A DNA stretch of 64,000 bases from an uncultured Dehalococcoidia bacterium (GTDB lineage Bacteria; Chloroflexota; Dehalococcoidia; Lucifugimonadales; UBA826). Position 1 is the first letter of the stretch; each line of letters starts with the position of its first letter. The DNA lies in NCBI GenBank assembly GCA_964394975.1, contig CAYMZR010000002.1, positions 8,979-72,978 of the forward strand, given 5' to 3'. The notes under the pieces are model-generated. The model searched no databases, was not told the origin of the DNA, and saw only the letters and a list, made by a program, of their open reading frames with translations. Both the position numbers and the translations under genes were made by a program. Of the stretch, positions 20,099 to 30,323 are shown one piece after another.

Positions 20099-21004
20099 AT
20101 GATCAAAATCACAAATTTTTCAGCCCCTTATCAAACAAAACTCGTAGAATTCATTAATTCAGTTAACGGGTCCTTGAATTCACCCAAAGAATTATCTCAA
20201 ATTTTGTTCGATCAAAGCATTAATATACCTCCTTCAAAACCAGAAAATGACTGTTATTTAGCGATGACGGAAAATGAAATTGTTGGATTTCTTCAATTGG
20301 TTGCAGAAATCCCTATCGGAAGGCTGGTCGGCCTTCAAACCATCAAGCCGGGCCCATATTCTGGCGACGTATTACAAAAATTTATTGATCTCTCAGTAAG
20401 AAAAGCCTCCAAAATAGAGACCAAAATAATCAATTTTCAAATCTCACAATACGATAAAACCTCCGCGAAAATTTTTGAAAACAACGCTTGGACGAAAATC
20501 AAAACATACTGGAACCTAAAATTTGAAAACACTGAAATCGAAGATTTGATACTACCCCAAGGATATTCTTTACGCCACTTCAATAGTAAAAAGGATCTGA
20601 AGGCACTAATGGAAGTTCAAAATCAGTCTTTTGGAACTCATTGGGGGTTTTCGCCGAACGATATAGGGCAGATCGAATATAGAACTCGGATGGAACGAAC
20701 TACTGAGCAAGGAATTATATTTATAGAAAAAGACCGTGAAATAGCCGGGTATAACTGGACAATGGAATCCCGCAAAGCTGATTCAGCTGTAGGTTGGATA
20801 GCCATGACTGGAGTGCATCCAAGCTACCGGGGGTTGCGATTAGGGAGAGCGGTGGTCCTTGCAGGAATGCATTATTTAATGTCCAGAGATATCCCACACA
20901 TAGAACTTGAAGTCGATTCTGAAAATATCCCCGCAACCCATCTGTACGAAAGTATCGGATTCAAAAAGGTAGATCAGACCTACTGGTACCAAAAAGATTT
21001 ATAA
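20099..21004 (+). CDS. two-domain GNAT N-acetyltransferase, MshD (mycothiol synthase)-like architecture
   Basis: At 301 aa it has two GNAT-like halves. The C-terminal half contains GVHPSYRGLRLGRAV...ELEVDSENIPATHLYESIGF, which resembles the MshD C-terminal domain (from memory). Confidence 0.6.
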   Translation: MIKITNFSAPYQTKLVEFINSVNGSLNSPKELSQILFDQSINIPPSKPENDCYLAMTENEIVGFLQLVAEIPIGRLVGLQTIKPGPYSGDVLQKFIDLSVRKASKIETKIINFQISQYDKTSAKIFENNAWTKIKTYWNLKFENTEIEDLILPQGYSLRHFNSKKDLKALMEVQNQSFGTHWGFSPNDIGQIEYRTRMERTTEQGIIFIEKDREIAGYNWTMESRKADSAVGWIAMTGVHPSYRGLRLGRAVVLAGMHYLMSRDIPHIELEVDSENIPATHLYESIGFKKVDQTYWYQKDL

Positions 21005-21006
21005 GG

Positions 21007-22227
21007 CTAAACAGCTTGGCTGTCTGCGGATTCTAGGACAATTTCCGCATAGTAATTGGATACTATTTGCGCAGTAAAATCCCAACTTAAGGAGCATGAC
21101 TTCTTTAGAGCTTGTTCAGCCATAAACCCATTTAAATCTTCATTTTGTAATAAGACTTCTATCTGACCAGCGAAAGCTTCTGGGCAGCGCCAAGGAATAA
21201 GATACCCTGTGGACCCATGGTCAACTATTGAAGGTATTCCCCCCACCCTAGAGGCCACGACTGGGGTTCCACATGCCATTGCTTCTATAGCTACGAACCC
21301 CAAACTTTCGTAATGTGAAGGTAAGACAAAAACATCTGCAGCACTGTAATAAGTCCTTAGTTCATCATGTGCGATCGGTCCTGTAAACATCACCTTTTTG
21401 ATCAATCCAGTTTCTTGGACTAAGGATTTGATAGACCTTAAATATTTATCTCCTTCATCAGCTCCTCCGACAATATAAAGTAAAACATCCTTTTGTGTGG
21501 CGATCGAGGATACCGCCTTCACCAAAATTTCAAGACCTTTAATAGGATCAATTCGACCCACAAAAAGGATCATCTGAGTGCCTTTAGGTATATTTAATTC
21601 ATCTCTCGCAACATCACTATCGCAAGGATAAAACATTTCTAGATCTATACCAGGTGGCACAACGGCGATCTTATTTGTAAATTCTCCATACAATTGTCGG
21701 ATATCTTGGATCTCTTTTTGCGTCAACACAAAAATTCCATCGGTACTGTCCATCAACCTATATTCTGAATCACTTCTGGAGAAATGTTCTTCCCCAACTG
21801 TGAGAGCTCTCAATTTGGTCTTTGCCAAAGTGTGGAAGGTAATCACATGAGGGATTTTCCATGATTCGGTCAGTAAATCGCCAATCAACCCTGAAAGCCA
21901 ATAATGGCTATGCAATATGTCCAAGTCTACTCCTTCGTGGAGCATATAGGTTTGCAGGTTCCTAGAAAACTCAAAGACTAAATTGATAAAGTCATCTTTG
22001 GATACTTCCTGATCTCCGCCATTTATGTGCACAAGTTTTGATCTCGCTCCGATGTTAAATTCGACATCTTCTTGAAAGTCATGTTTACGAGTAAAAACAT
22101 AGACTGTATGTCCAATCGAATCTAGGCTTCTAGCGAGATTGTCAAGGTATACATTCATTCCCCCCGCATCTTTTTCTCCAAGATTGGCCATCGGGCAAGT
22201 ATGAAAACTAACTAATCCTATTATCAT
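21007..22227 (-). CDS. GT4-family glycosyltransferase, MshA-like
   Basis: The N-terminal FHTCPMANLGEKDAGGMNVY closely resembles the MshA HTSPLxQPGxGDAGGMNVY signature (from memory). There is also a C-terminal EX7E motif (YESLGFVAIEAMACG). Confidence 0.75.
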   Translation of the reverse strand: MIIGLVSFHTCPMANLGEKDAGGMNVYLDNLARSLDSIGHTVYVFTRKHDFQEDVEFNIGARSKLVHINGGDQEVSKDDFINLVFEFSRNLQTYMLHEGVDLDILHSHYWLSGLIGDLLTESWKIPHVITFHTLAKTKLRALTVGEEHFSRSDSEYRLMDSTDGIFVLTQKEIQDIRQLYGEFTNKIAVVPPGIDLEMFYPCDSDVARDELNIPKGTQMILFVGRIDPIKGLEILVKAVSSIATQKDVLLYIVGGADEGDKYLRSIKSLVQETGLIKKVMFTGPIAHDELRTYYSAADVFVLPSHYESLGFVAIEAMACGTPVVASRVGGIPSIVDHGSTGYLIPWRCPEAFAGQIEVLLQNEDLNGFMAEQALKKSCSLSWDFTAQIVSNYYAEIVLESADSQAV

Positions 22228-22239
22228 TGTTCCATCATG

Positions 22240-23211
22240 TTACCGAGTTATTGTGAGGTCATAAACAGTGCGGTCATTTGCTCCCAAATGGTATTTGTAA
22301 CGCTCAGTACCTCTAAGAAAATTATATTCTTTTATGTCCCGTGATATGGCTTCCTGAATGGTTAATGCCTTATTAAGTAGTCCTACGCTTAAGGAAGACT
22401 TTTCCGGGTCATAGCCGCTGTTATATAGAAGATATGTTCCATCGTAGTCAAAGCAAATGCAGCTAGCGACTCTAATCCCATCTACCTCCATAAAAAACAA
22501 TTTATAATTCCCTAGTTTTGAAAAATGTAACGCTAAATCAACGAAAAAATCCTTGTTTTCTTGTGTGAGAAATTCGCTCTTATCACCACTGCTCAAAGCC
22601 ATAAGACGAAAAAAATCGTCCATATCTCTTCTCACTGAGTCGTCGCTAATTTCAACAACGTACTGTTTAAAATCTGTGTTGGCTTCCAAGCGTCTTAGTT
22701 TCCGTCTCAACTCATGTCGATCCTTCTTTCTCAACCCAGCTAAATATTCTTCCCAAGAATCAGGCAACCCCATACAAGGAGTGGTATCTGAATTATGTAA
22801 GTCGACTGTATGCCCATTCTTCCTTGCCATTTCAGGTAAGTACTCTAAAGTAGGGGAACTTTCAGGTATGGATTCTAGACGAAGCGTAACCCAATCCATC
22901 TCCAAGAGGTGATCCCAGGCCATTGAAAAAAATTCCTCGCCACAACCTTGTACAACCGGAAAATCCATATAGTCATATACGTCAGAGTCTCCAATAAATG
23001 TTGCTTCTTTATCCTCCAGTAGTAATGGAAGTATTCCTATAGTTTTGCTTCCCGAGGCCAACACTTTTATTATAGGTTTCGTATCTTTCTTGAACCTTTG
23101 CCACCAAGTACCTTGCCATTGAGGAGTAATAAATATTGTATTCACATAGCAGTCGTTCATTATGTTTGACCAGGTCAATTCAACTTGATCAATATTTTCA
23201 AAATAGCTCAT
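22240..23211 (-). CDS. CelD/BcsL-like (FemAB-type) GNAT-fold acyltransferase
   Basis: The C-terminal FLRGTERYKYHLGA matches the typical CelD-like ...YKxxxGA ending. The length and two-lobed organisation fit the Acetyltransf_6-type family (from memory). Confidence 0.55.
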   Translation of the reverse strand: MSYFENIDQVELTWSNIMNDCYVNTIFITPQWQGTWWQRFKKDTKPIIKVLASGSKTIGILPLLLEDKEATFIGDSDVYDYMDFPVVQGCGEEFFSMAWDHLLEMDWVTLRLESIPESSPTLEYLPEMARKNGHTVDLHNSDTTPCMGLPDSWEEYLAGLRKKDRHELRRKLRRLEANTDFKQYVVEISDDSVRRDMDDFFRLMALSSGDKSEFLTQENKDFFVDLALHFSKLGNYKLFFMEVDGIRVASCICFDYDGTYLLYNSGYDPEKSSLSVGLLNKALTIQEAISRDIKEYNFLRGTERYKYHLGANDRTVYDLTITR

Positions 23212-23219
23212 TCCGCCTC

Positions 23220-23813
23220 TTATGACTTTGACAAATCTATAATTTTTATAAGTTTTTTTACTTCATGAACTTCTCCTCTATGGGCAGAAGTGATTATTTT
23301 GCTTTCAGCTTTCTTTACCCCTCGCAAAGTCATACACATATGTTCAGCAGACACAAATACGTAAGCAGAACTCGCATTAAGGATACGATAGATAGCATCG
23401 ACAATTTGAGTGGTCAGCCTTTCTTGAATTTGTGGTCTTTTAGATAAGACATCTACTAAACGGGCAACTTTACTCGCCCCAACTACTCTGCCATTTGGGA
23501 CGTATCCAACATGTGCATAACCATAAAAAGGAAGAAGGTGATGTTCACATATTGAATTGAAGGCAATATCCGTAAAAGCTATTGGATCTGTATGGTTTTC
23601 CTCAAAAAAGACATTTAAAACCTCTACAGGGTCACATCTCATTCCAGAAAACAAATCCCGATACAACTCTGCCACTCGGTCAGGAGTACTCCTTAGTCCT
23701 TCCCTGTCAGGATTGTCTCCTATTGCCTCTAAAATGTCGCGAACAGCCATGCTGATTTTGCTAGAGTTAAAATAGGCGTCGTTTGAGCTGTCATTTGACT
23801 CATTATTGCTCAT
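23220..23813 (-). CDS. folE: GTP cyclohydrolase I
   Basis: CEHHLLPF zinc/active-site motif, QIQERLT, and HMCMTLRGV. Confidence 0.93.
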   Translation of the reverse strand: MSNNESNDSSNDAYFNSSKISMAVRDILEAIGDNPDREGLRSTPDRVAELYRDLFSGMRCDPVEVLNVFFEENHTDPIAFTDIAFNSICEHHLLPFYGYAHVGYVPNGRVVGASKVARLVDVLSKRPQIQERLTTQIVDAIYRILNASSAYVFVSAEHMCMTLRGVKKAESKIITSAHRGEVHEVKKLIKIIDLSKS

Positions 23814-24865
23814 GCCAGTGACAGCGCATCTTCAACCGATTCAATTCTAGCCTCATATTCCTCTAAGGAGACCGGCTCTATTTCATTCGCGATGTCAGGA
23901 TCTTTAAGTCCATTGCCTGTCACTACACATACAATATCCTTATTTTTAAAAGATTCGCCAGCATTAACTCTTTTAAGCAAACCTGCCAAAGAGGCAGCAG
24001 ATGCCGGTTCACAAAAAACCCCTTCTTCAGCTGCTAATCTACGATAGGCAGTCAAAATCTCGTCATCATCAACTTTGCCAATAACACCATTTGATTCATT
24101 CCGAGCCTTTATAGCCGATTCCCAACTAGCTGGATTCCCAATCCTAATAGCAGAAGCTACTGTGTGAGGATGGTCCACGATACGTCCGTCAACTATTGGC
24201 GATGCTCCTGATGCCTGGTATCCGTTCATCGCAGGTAGGTTACCTGAAAGCCCCTCTTGTTGGGCTTCAAGAAAACCTTTCCAATATGCTGTAATGTTGC
24301 CGGCATTACCAACTGGAATAAAAAGATGATCGGGGGCTTTTTTCAGTTCCTCAATAATTTCAAAAGACGCTGTCTTCTGACCTTCGATGCGATTAGGGTT
24401 TAGGGAATTTACCAGTTCAACAGGATGTCTTTCACACAACTCACGGGTAATTTCCAAAGCTCTATCGAAATTACCGTCAATTAACGCTATATGGGCTCCA
24501 TAGGCTACTGCCTGAGCCAACTTACCTCTAGCTACATTCCCTTTCGGGACAATCAAGGTGGTTCGCAATCCAAGATGAGCTCCATATGCTGCCGCAGAGG
24601 CACTTGTGTTACCAGTGGAGGCGCAAGCTATAGAACGTATCCCTTTTTCCACAGCCTTGGCAACTGCTACAACCATACCTCGGTCCTTGAACGAACCAGT
24701 TGGGTTACATCCCTCTAGCTTAAAAAATAATGCGTTGCACCCTATTTCCTTCGCAATATTCCGCGATTCGACCAACGGAGTATTCCCTTCACCCAGGGTA
24801 AAAATTGGGGTTTCAGAGGTAATGGGAAGGAATTTTTTATAAGTTTCTAGAATACCTTTGCCCAT
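23810..24865 (-). CDS. thrC: threonine synthase
   Basis: NPTGSFKDRG PLP-lysine motif and the GNAGN loop. It overlaps folE by 4 nt. Confidence 0.92.
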   Translation of the reverse strand: MGKGILETYKKFLPITSETPIFTLGEGNTPLVESRNIAKEIGCNALFFKLEGCNPTGSFKDRGMVVAVAKAVEKGIRSIACASTGNTSASAAAYGAHLGLRTTLIVPKGNVARGKLAQAVAYGAHIALIDGNFDRALEITRELCERHPVELVNSLNPNRIEGQKTASFEIIEELKKAPDHLFIPVGNAGNITAYWKGFLEAQQEGLSGNLPAMNGYQASGASPIVDGRIVDHPHTVASAIRIGNPASWESAIKARNESNGVIGKVDDDEILTAYRRLAAEEGVFCEPASAASLAGLLKRVNAGESFKNKDIVCVVTGNGLKDPDIANEIEPVSLEEYEARIESVEDALSLA

Positions 24866-25092
24866 CTTGGAAGGCCGCCATTTCCTTTTGTGCCAACTTG
24901 ATTATACCTGCCACAGACATGATAAATATCTGCAAGTACTCTACAGGAGCAATAGTAGCTAGGCAAGACAAGGTGGTTCAAGAGTTTTTATTTAAATGCC
25001 AAATTCTGTATCTTACTTTTTCCACCATCTTTACCTTCCAATAGATTAATATTAAGAAGATAGGGTTTTATGGACTGGTAAAGGAAAAATAG

Positions 25093-26334
25093 ATGAATTT
25101 ACAGCATATCGATTCTGAAATATCTGATGCGATAAAAAATGAAAAAAGGCGCCAAAAGGATAATATCAACCTAATAGCTTCGGAAAATTACGCTAGCTCA
25201 GCCGTGTTAGAAGCTCAAGGATCGGTGTTCACCAACAAATATGCTGAAGGCTACCCTGGTCGAAGATACTATGGAGGGTGCGAATTCGTTGACATAGTCG
25301 AACAGTTGGCGATAGAGAGGGCAAAATCCCTTTTTAACGCAGACTTCGCAAATGTACAACCGCACAGTGGAGCGCAAGCAAATATGGCTGGATATTTTGC
25401 ATCACTACAGCCTGGAGACACCGTAATGGGTATGGGCTTGGACCACGGAGGCCATTTAACCCACGGAAGCCAAGTGAATTTTTCGGCCAAACTTTACAAT
25501 TTTGTGACATATGGAGTGGATCGCGAACTCGAAACTATCGACTTTGCAGAAGTAAAAAAACTAGCTGAAGAGAACAAACCAAAATTGATAGTAGCAGGCG
25601 CCTCAGCATACACAAGAACAATAGATTTCAAAGCATTCCAAGAAATATGTGATTTAGTAAACGCAAAACTTATGGTTGATATGGCTCATATCTCAGGTTT
25701 AGTGGCCGCTGGGTTACATCCATCACCTGTAGAAAATGCTGATATTGTCACGTCCACCACTCACAAAACATTAAGAGGCCCAAGGGGGGGAATAATTTTA
25801 GGCAAACCTGAACTTGGCAAAAATTTGAACAGCGCAGTATTTCCTAATATGCAAGGTGGGCCGTTGGAACATACCATCGCAGCTAAGGCCGTTGCTTTTA
25901 AAGAGGCAAAATCAGAAGGTTTTATAGAATATCAAACTCAAGTGATTGATAACGCCAAAGCGCTAGCAGACACATTGCATAAAGGGGGACTACGCTTGGT
26001 TTCAGGGGGCACAGATAATCATATGACTCTTGTGGACGTCACACCAATGGGATTATCAGGTAAAGAGGCAGAAGAATCTCTAGGAAGAGCAAACATCGTA
26101 ATAAATAGAAACGCCATACCATTCGACACAAAACCACCTAGACAGGCAAGCGGGATCAGGCTCGGTACCCCTGCTATAACCACTAGGGGAATGAAAACCG
26201 AAGAAACCAACAATATAGGTACCCTTATTTTAAAAGTACTCCAAAATATCAAAGATCCTAAGGTTGAAAATGAAGTAAAAGAAGAAGTTCTAGATTTAAC
26301 CAGTCGGTTCCCCGTTCCGGGTATTGTCAGCTAA
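25093..26334 (+). CDS. glyA: serine hydroxymethyltransferase
   Basis: [19 protein letters not shown], and the [17 protein letters not shown]-lysine motif. Confidence 0.96.
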   Translation: MNLQHIDSEISDAIKNEKRRQKDNINLIASENYASSAVLEAQGSVFTNKYAEGYPGRRYYGGCEFVDIVEQLAIERAKSLFNADFANVQPHSGAQANMAGYFASLQPGDTVMGMGLDHGGHLTHGSQVNFSAKLYNFVTYGVDRELETIDFAEVKKLAEENKPKLIVAGASAYTRTIDFKAFQEICDLVNAKLMVDMAHISGLVAAGLHPSPVENADIVTSTTHKTLRGPRGGIILGKPELGKNLNSAVFPNMQGGPLEHTIAAKAVAFKEAKSEGFIEYQTQVIDNAKALADTLHKGGLRLVSGGTDNHMTLVDVTPMGLSGKEAEESLGRANIVINRNAIPFDTKPPRQASGIRLGTPAITTRGMKTEETNNIGTLILKVLQNIKDPKVENEVKEEVLDLTSRFPVPGIVS

Positions 26335-26372
26335 CACCGTAAGAGCTAACTGACAATCAGACAAAGCTCCAT

Positions 26373-27740
26373 CTAGGAATCCCAGGGGGTAATTCCTTCC
26401 TTTAACGCTTTATAGCCTTCAAGGAACCCAGGTCTATTCTCTCCATAAATACTGTCAAAGACATCGAGGGCGTTGTCCAACCATTCCTTCAATTGGGTAT
26501 CCCCGGGATTGGCATCTAGATATGCATCACGTATCAATACAAAATGGATACGTGGATCGTAAGGTCTTTTGGTCCCCCCCATAGATTCATCACCGTCCAG
26601 TAAGCGTAACAACATGGCATCTGCAGACCCGAGAGTCTGCTCGTGTATAGGCGGGCCATCCATTCGGTGCATGACAGAGGTCATATCTCTTCCATTACCA
26701 GTTGTATATCCCATTTCAGACCATGCATCCCACATGCTGACATCTTTACCGACATGCTGAACCACTTTGTCCCCGAAGGCACGCAAGGGATCCGAAATAT
26801 CAGCTAACAAGTCCGTTAATCTATCACCGTCCAGGTCAGTTGCAAGGACTATCGTGTCTCTTTGCTCAATAAGATCCCATATCAACAGACCATAGTTAGT
26901 ATCTGAAATATGTTGTTCGACCCGACCTCCCCAATTTTCCATCCCTTCTTTAAAATCAGATGGAAGCAGTGAAACTATCTGGTCTATACGATCTTTATGT
27001 TCTTCATATGGGTCTACCGCATACCGTCTACCCACCTCAAATTTGGTGTCCTTCAATAACCATGAATGCAGTCCTGCGTTAATTCCATCCTCCATCGCCT
27101 GAGTAGGCTTCATCGCAACACGACCCAAATGTCCGCTATCATTTACCATTTTAAGGAATAGCCTATTGGCGTAGGCCATTTGAACTCCCGGAGTATTCAT
27201 TTCTGAATGGACAATACCCGCTTCATTCACTCCAAATTTATCTTTGTCTTGAGAGTAAGGAAGACAGGGCATGCACCGAACAACAGTAATTGGCCCGTAT
27301 GGTCTTACGTTGCAGTAAACCCCAGCTTGTGTTCTCAAAGGCGCATTTCCTGATTTCCCCATCACGACAACCCTGTTCCCATTACCATCATTTACATATG
27401 CATCACCCGCAGTGGACCATTTAATAGATGTACATGGCATGTTACCAAACCACCCTAATGAAGCGAGTTCGGTGTCATGTCTATATTGTGACCACATAGG
27501 TACTGCATAAAAAGGGAGTCCCAATATATCCGCAGCAGCTATAGTTCCTAGCAATGCATAGGCATCAGTCAAAGAATGTGCCACTGGATTGAGGTTGCTA
27601 TCATGGTTTCCACCTTGCCAAACTACTGCGTCCGAATAGCCTTCTGGTCTTACATCTGAAGACTCAAACAGGTCCGAAAGCAAGCCAAGCAAATCTCCTC
27701 CACTTGCCTCTGTTCGAGCAATCGACAGTAAATCAATCAT
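26373..27740 (-). CDS. hypothetical protein, no recognisable family (455 aa)
   Basis: A long uninterrupted ORF co-directional with the upstream ThDP enzyme. The composition looks soluble and is rich in Asp, Gly and Trp. I cannot place any motif. Confidence 0.6.
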   Translation of the reverse strand: MIDLLSIARTEASGGDLLGLLSDLFESSDVRPEGYSDAVVWQGGNHDSNLNPVAHSLTDAYALLGTIAAADILGLPFYAVPMWSQYRHDTELASLGWFGNMPCTSIKWSTAGDAYVNDGNGNRVVVMGKSGNAPLRTQAGVYCNVRPYGPITVVRCMPCLPYSQDKDKFGVNEAGIVHSEMNTPGVQMAYANRLFLKMVNDSGHLGRVAMKPTQAMEDGINAGLHSWLLKDTKFEVGRRYAVDPYEEHKDRIDQIVSLLPSDFKEGMENWGGRVEQHISDTNYGLLIWDLIEQRDTIVLATDLDGDRLTDLLADISDPLRAFGDKVVQHVGKDVSMWDAWSEMGYTTGNGRDMTSVMHRMDGPPIHEQTLGSADAMLLRLLDGDESMGGTKRPYDPRIHFVLIRDAYLDANPGDTQLKEWLDNALDVFDSIYGENRPGFLEGYKALKEGITPWDS

Positions 27741-27896
27741 CTAGACACCTCTTTTCTAATATATTTTCTTGGTTTATATCTAGGTTAAGAAAACGTCAGT
27801 TCTCCGCTATGACGTACGGAGCTATTTTCCTGTAACGGTCTATTCACAAAGGGGTCGGTAGTCCAACATTCCTGAGACAACCTGTAACCTTTGTCA

Positions 27897-29540
27897 TTAT
27901 TCCATTCTTGAACCGCCCCATGATCTAGATACACCAGCTGCCGTTGGCTCTACCTTCACATTTACGACTGCTGCCTTTCCGCTAGAAAAAGCTCTATCAA
28001 GGGCAGGTTTTATTTCAGCCGGATCCTCGACCTTTTCACCATAACCGTGTAAAGCTTCAGCCATACGATCAAACTCTGTAAAGCCTAATTCTCTACCTGG
28101 TTTCCTTTTCCCTGGCGTTCGAGCTGTCCATCCTTCGTTATTACTTATAACAGTCACTACCGGCAGGTTGTGGCGCACCGCGGTGTCTATTTCCATTGCA
28201 TTCATTCCCATGGATCCATCACCATGGAGAACAAGAACTTGCTTATCTGGTTTAGCAACTTGAGCACCTATCCCGTATGGTAATCCAACTCCCATCGTAC
28301 CCGTCACTCCTGAGTTTAAACGATGGCCCGGTACATATGTAGATATTGATTGTCTCCCAAAATGTAAAATCTCATTTCCGTCGACAGAGACAATCGCATC
28401 TCTATCCAAAAACTCGTCTATTTCTTTGCAGAGTCTCAAAGGGTGAATCGGTATTTGGTCAGAATTCAACAGTGGGGCGGTTTGAGCCATTCTTTTTTCG
28501 TTAGCTTCACGCAATCCAACTATCCAAGGAGACTCCAAAGCACCTGCGAAGTCAGGGCTCCTTTGCTGAGCTGCTTCCAATAACTGACCCATCACAGCTT
28601 TTGCGTCTCCAAAAATCCCCATTTCTATGTCTCGGTTATGCCCAAGCTCACCTTCATTTATATCTATCTGAATAATCTTTGCATTGGGAGAAAAGCGCTG
28701 CCCGTAATTCATCATCCAGTTCATCCTAGTCCCAACAACCAAAATCACGTCTGACTCTCTCATGGCAGTAGACCTAGCTCCTTGGAAGGAAACGGCATGG
28801 TCCTCCGGAATCAGACCCCTGGACATTGGGGCTGTATAGAACGGAATGTTTGTAATATCCACAAAACTTCCCAACTCGGGAGCTGCTCCTGAGAAAAAAG
28901 CTCCTCCTCCAGCAAATATCATTGGTTTTTCCGCATCCGCTATGAGAGAAATGGCCTTTTCAATGTCTCCGATGGTAGCCACCGGCCTAGTTCGTTCTAC
29001 AGCCCTAGATGGTGTAGGCACTGATTCTTCATCTACCTCTTCGTAGAGCACATCTCCACCGCAATCAATGTACACAGGTCCGGGCCTCCCAGTCTGGGAT
29101 TGCCTATATGCAGTGCTGACGATTTCCGGAAAACGGGAAGCCATTGTTGGTCTATGCCAGTATTTACATAGAGGCTGCATTATGCCTACCTGATCTACCT
29201 CTTGGAAGGTGTCTCTACCTATTTCATGAACAGCACTCGCTCCACCTAGAACCACCATGGGAGCGCAATCGATTGAGGCGGTATAAACACCAGTCAATAG
29301 ATTTAAAGTACCTGGTCCAGAAGCAGCCATCACCACACTAGGTTTTCCTGTGACACGAGAGTAGGCGTGTGCCGCCATAGCAGCCGCCTGTTCATGCCTG
29401 AAATCTATCGTCTTAATACCTACATCCTGGCACTCCATTATCGTGTCGAAATTGGGACCGCCCATTAGGTAGAAAAGCGTATCAACCCCTTCTTCTTTTA
29501 AGGTTCTAGCGATAAGATGATTGCCGCTCACTTTTGCCAT
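27897..29540 (-). CDS. thiamine diphosphate-dependent enzyme (acetolactate synthase / oxalyl-CoA decarboxylase / 2-hydroxyacyl-CoA lyase superfamily)
   Basis: FRHEQAAAMAAHAY, GPGTLN, and the ThDP motif GDGSMGMNAMEIDTAVRHNLPV. The ATG at 29540 (MAKVSGNHL...) fits the family N-terminus better than the ORF-track start at 29561. Confidence 0.85.
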   Translation of the reverse strand: MAKVSGNHLIARTLKEEGVDTLFYLMGGPNFDTIMECQDVGIKTIDFRHEQAAAMAAHAYSRVTGKPSVVMAASGPGTLNLLTGVYTASIDCAPMVVLGGASAVHEIGRDTFQEVDQVGIMQPLCKYWHRPTMASRFPEIVSTAYRQSQTGRPGPVYIDCGGDVLYEEVDEESVPTPSRAVERTRPVATIGDIEKAISLIADAEKPMIFAGGGAFFSGAAPELGSFVDITNIPFYTAPMSRGLIPEDHAVSFQGARSTAMRESDVILVVGTRMNWMMNYGQRFSPNAKIIQIDINEGELGHNRDIEMGIFGDAKAVMGQLLEAAQQRSPDFAGALESPWIVGLREANEKRMAQTAPLLNSDQIPIHPLRLCKEIDEFLDRDAIVSVDGNEILHFGRQSISTYVPGHRLNSGVTGTMGVGLPYGIGAQVAKPDKQVLVLHGDGSMGMNAMEIDTAVRHNLPVVTVISNNEGWTARTPGKRKPGRELGFTEFDRMAEALHGYGEKVEDPAEIKPALDRAFSSGKAAVVNVKVEPTAAGVSRSWGGSRME

Positions 29541-29635
29541 GCAAAATCTCCTGAAAATCAAAATTAATGAATTAACAGGGGCAAGGTTATCATAGACCCA
29601 AAAAAAGCTACAAAACTTGAAGTGGGACCAAAAGT

Positions 29636-30301
29636 CTAAATGTGCCGAATAGCCTTTGATGCGGCTTCTTTTTCCGCGCGATTTCTACTAGTACTCTTGC
29701 CTGTTGCGATGACTTTCTCACCAATCAGAACTTCAACGATAAATGTTGGCTTATGTGGAGGCCCATATTTGCGGGCAATTCTGTAATGCGGTGATACTGA
29801 AAACTTACTTTGAGTTATTGACATCAGTTCAGTTTTTGGGTCATTTTTGCTAGCAATCCTTTGAGAACGTTTGGACATTACATCCAAATTTTCCAATATG
29901 AATTCTTTTGCATTTAGATACCCACGGTCTAAGAAAAAAGCCCCCACCAAAGCCTCAAATGCATTGGCCAAATTGGAGTCTTTATTTCTTCCACCAGAAC
30001 CTTCTTCACCGTTACCTAGTAGCAACTGATCCCCTATCCCCAGTTTCCTAGATACTTTCGCTAGGTAATCCCCTTTTACGACACTACTCCTCAAAGTAGT
30101 TAATTCTCCCTCATCGAAATCTGGATATTTTTCATACACAGTTTCGGCTATCACAGCATAAATAACGGCGTCTCCCAGAAATTCAAGGCGCTCATTAGAT
30201 TCTTGTTTCGGGTTTTGGGACTCGTTAACCCAGGAGGGATGCCTCATACTCAAATCAAACAAATTTCTATTGGTAAATCTATCCTTCAGATTATGAGGCA
30301 T
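29636..30301 (-). CDS. rnc: ribonuclease III
   Basis: ERLEFLGDAV signature and a C-terminal dsRBD (KTELMS...GKSTSRNRAEKEAASKA). Confidence 0.92.
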   Translation of the reverse strand: MPHNLKDRFTNRNLFDLSMRHPSWVNESQNPKQESNERLEFLGDAVIYAVIAETVYEKYPDFDEGELTTLRSSVVKGDYLAKVSRKLGIGDQLLLGNGEEGSGGRNKDSNLANAFEALVGAFFLDRGYLNAKEFILENLDVMSKRSQRIASKNDPKTELMSITQSKFSVSPHYRIARKYGPPHKPTFIVEVLIGEKVIATGKSTSRNRAEKEAASKAIRHI

Positions 30302-30323
30302 CTAATCAATTATCCAAACGGCT

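Noticed and set aside
24866-25092. The 227-nt divergent region between thrC and glyA was checked for ZTP, THF or T-box-type leaders and for promoters (TATAAT on the minus strand at 24901-24906).
   Set aside because: I could not recognise any conserved riboswitch core sequences. The minus-strand -10 box lacks a convincing -35 at 16-18 nt. I left it unannotated rather than guess.
26323-26357. An ATTGTCAG...CTGACAAT 8-bp inverted repeat overlapping the glyA stop, considered as a possible terminator.
   Set aside because: The 19-nt loop, A/T-rich stem and lack of a U-tract make it too weak to call.
26373-27740. A GGNHD string in the 455-aa orphan (VVWQGGNHDS) suggested a calcineurin-like phosphoesterase.
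   Set aside because: The other ordered phosphoesterase motifs (DxH, GDxxDR, GH..., GHxH) are absent, so an isolated GNHD is most likely coincidental.
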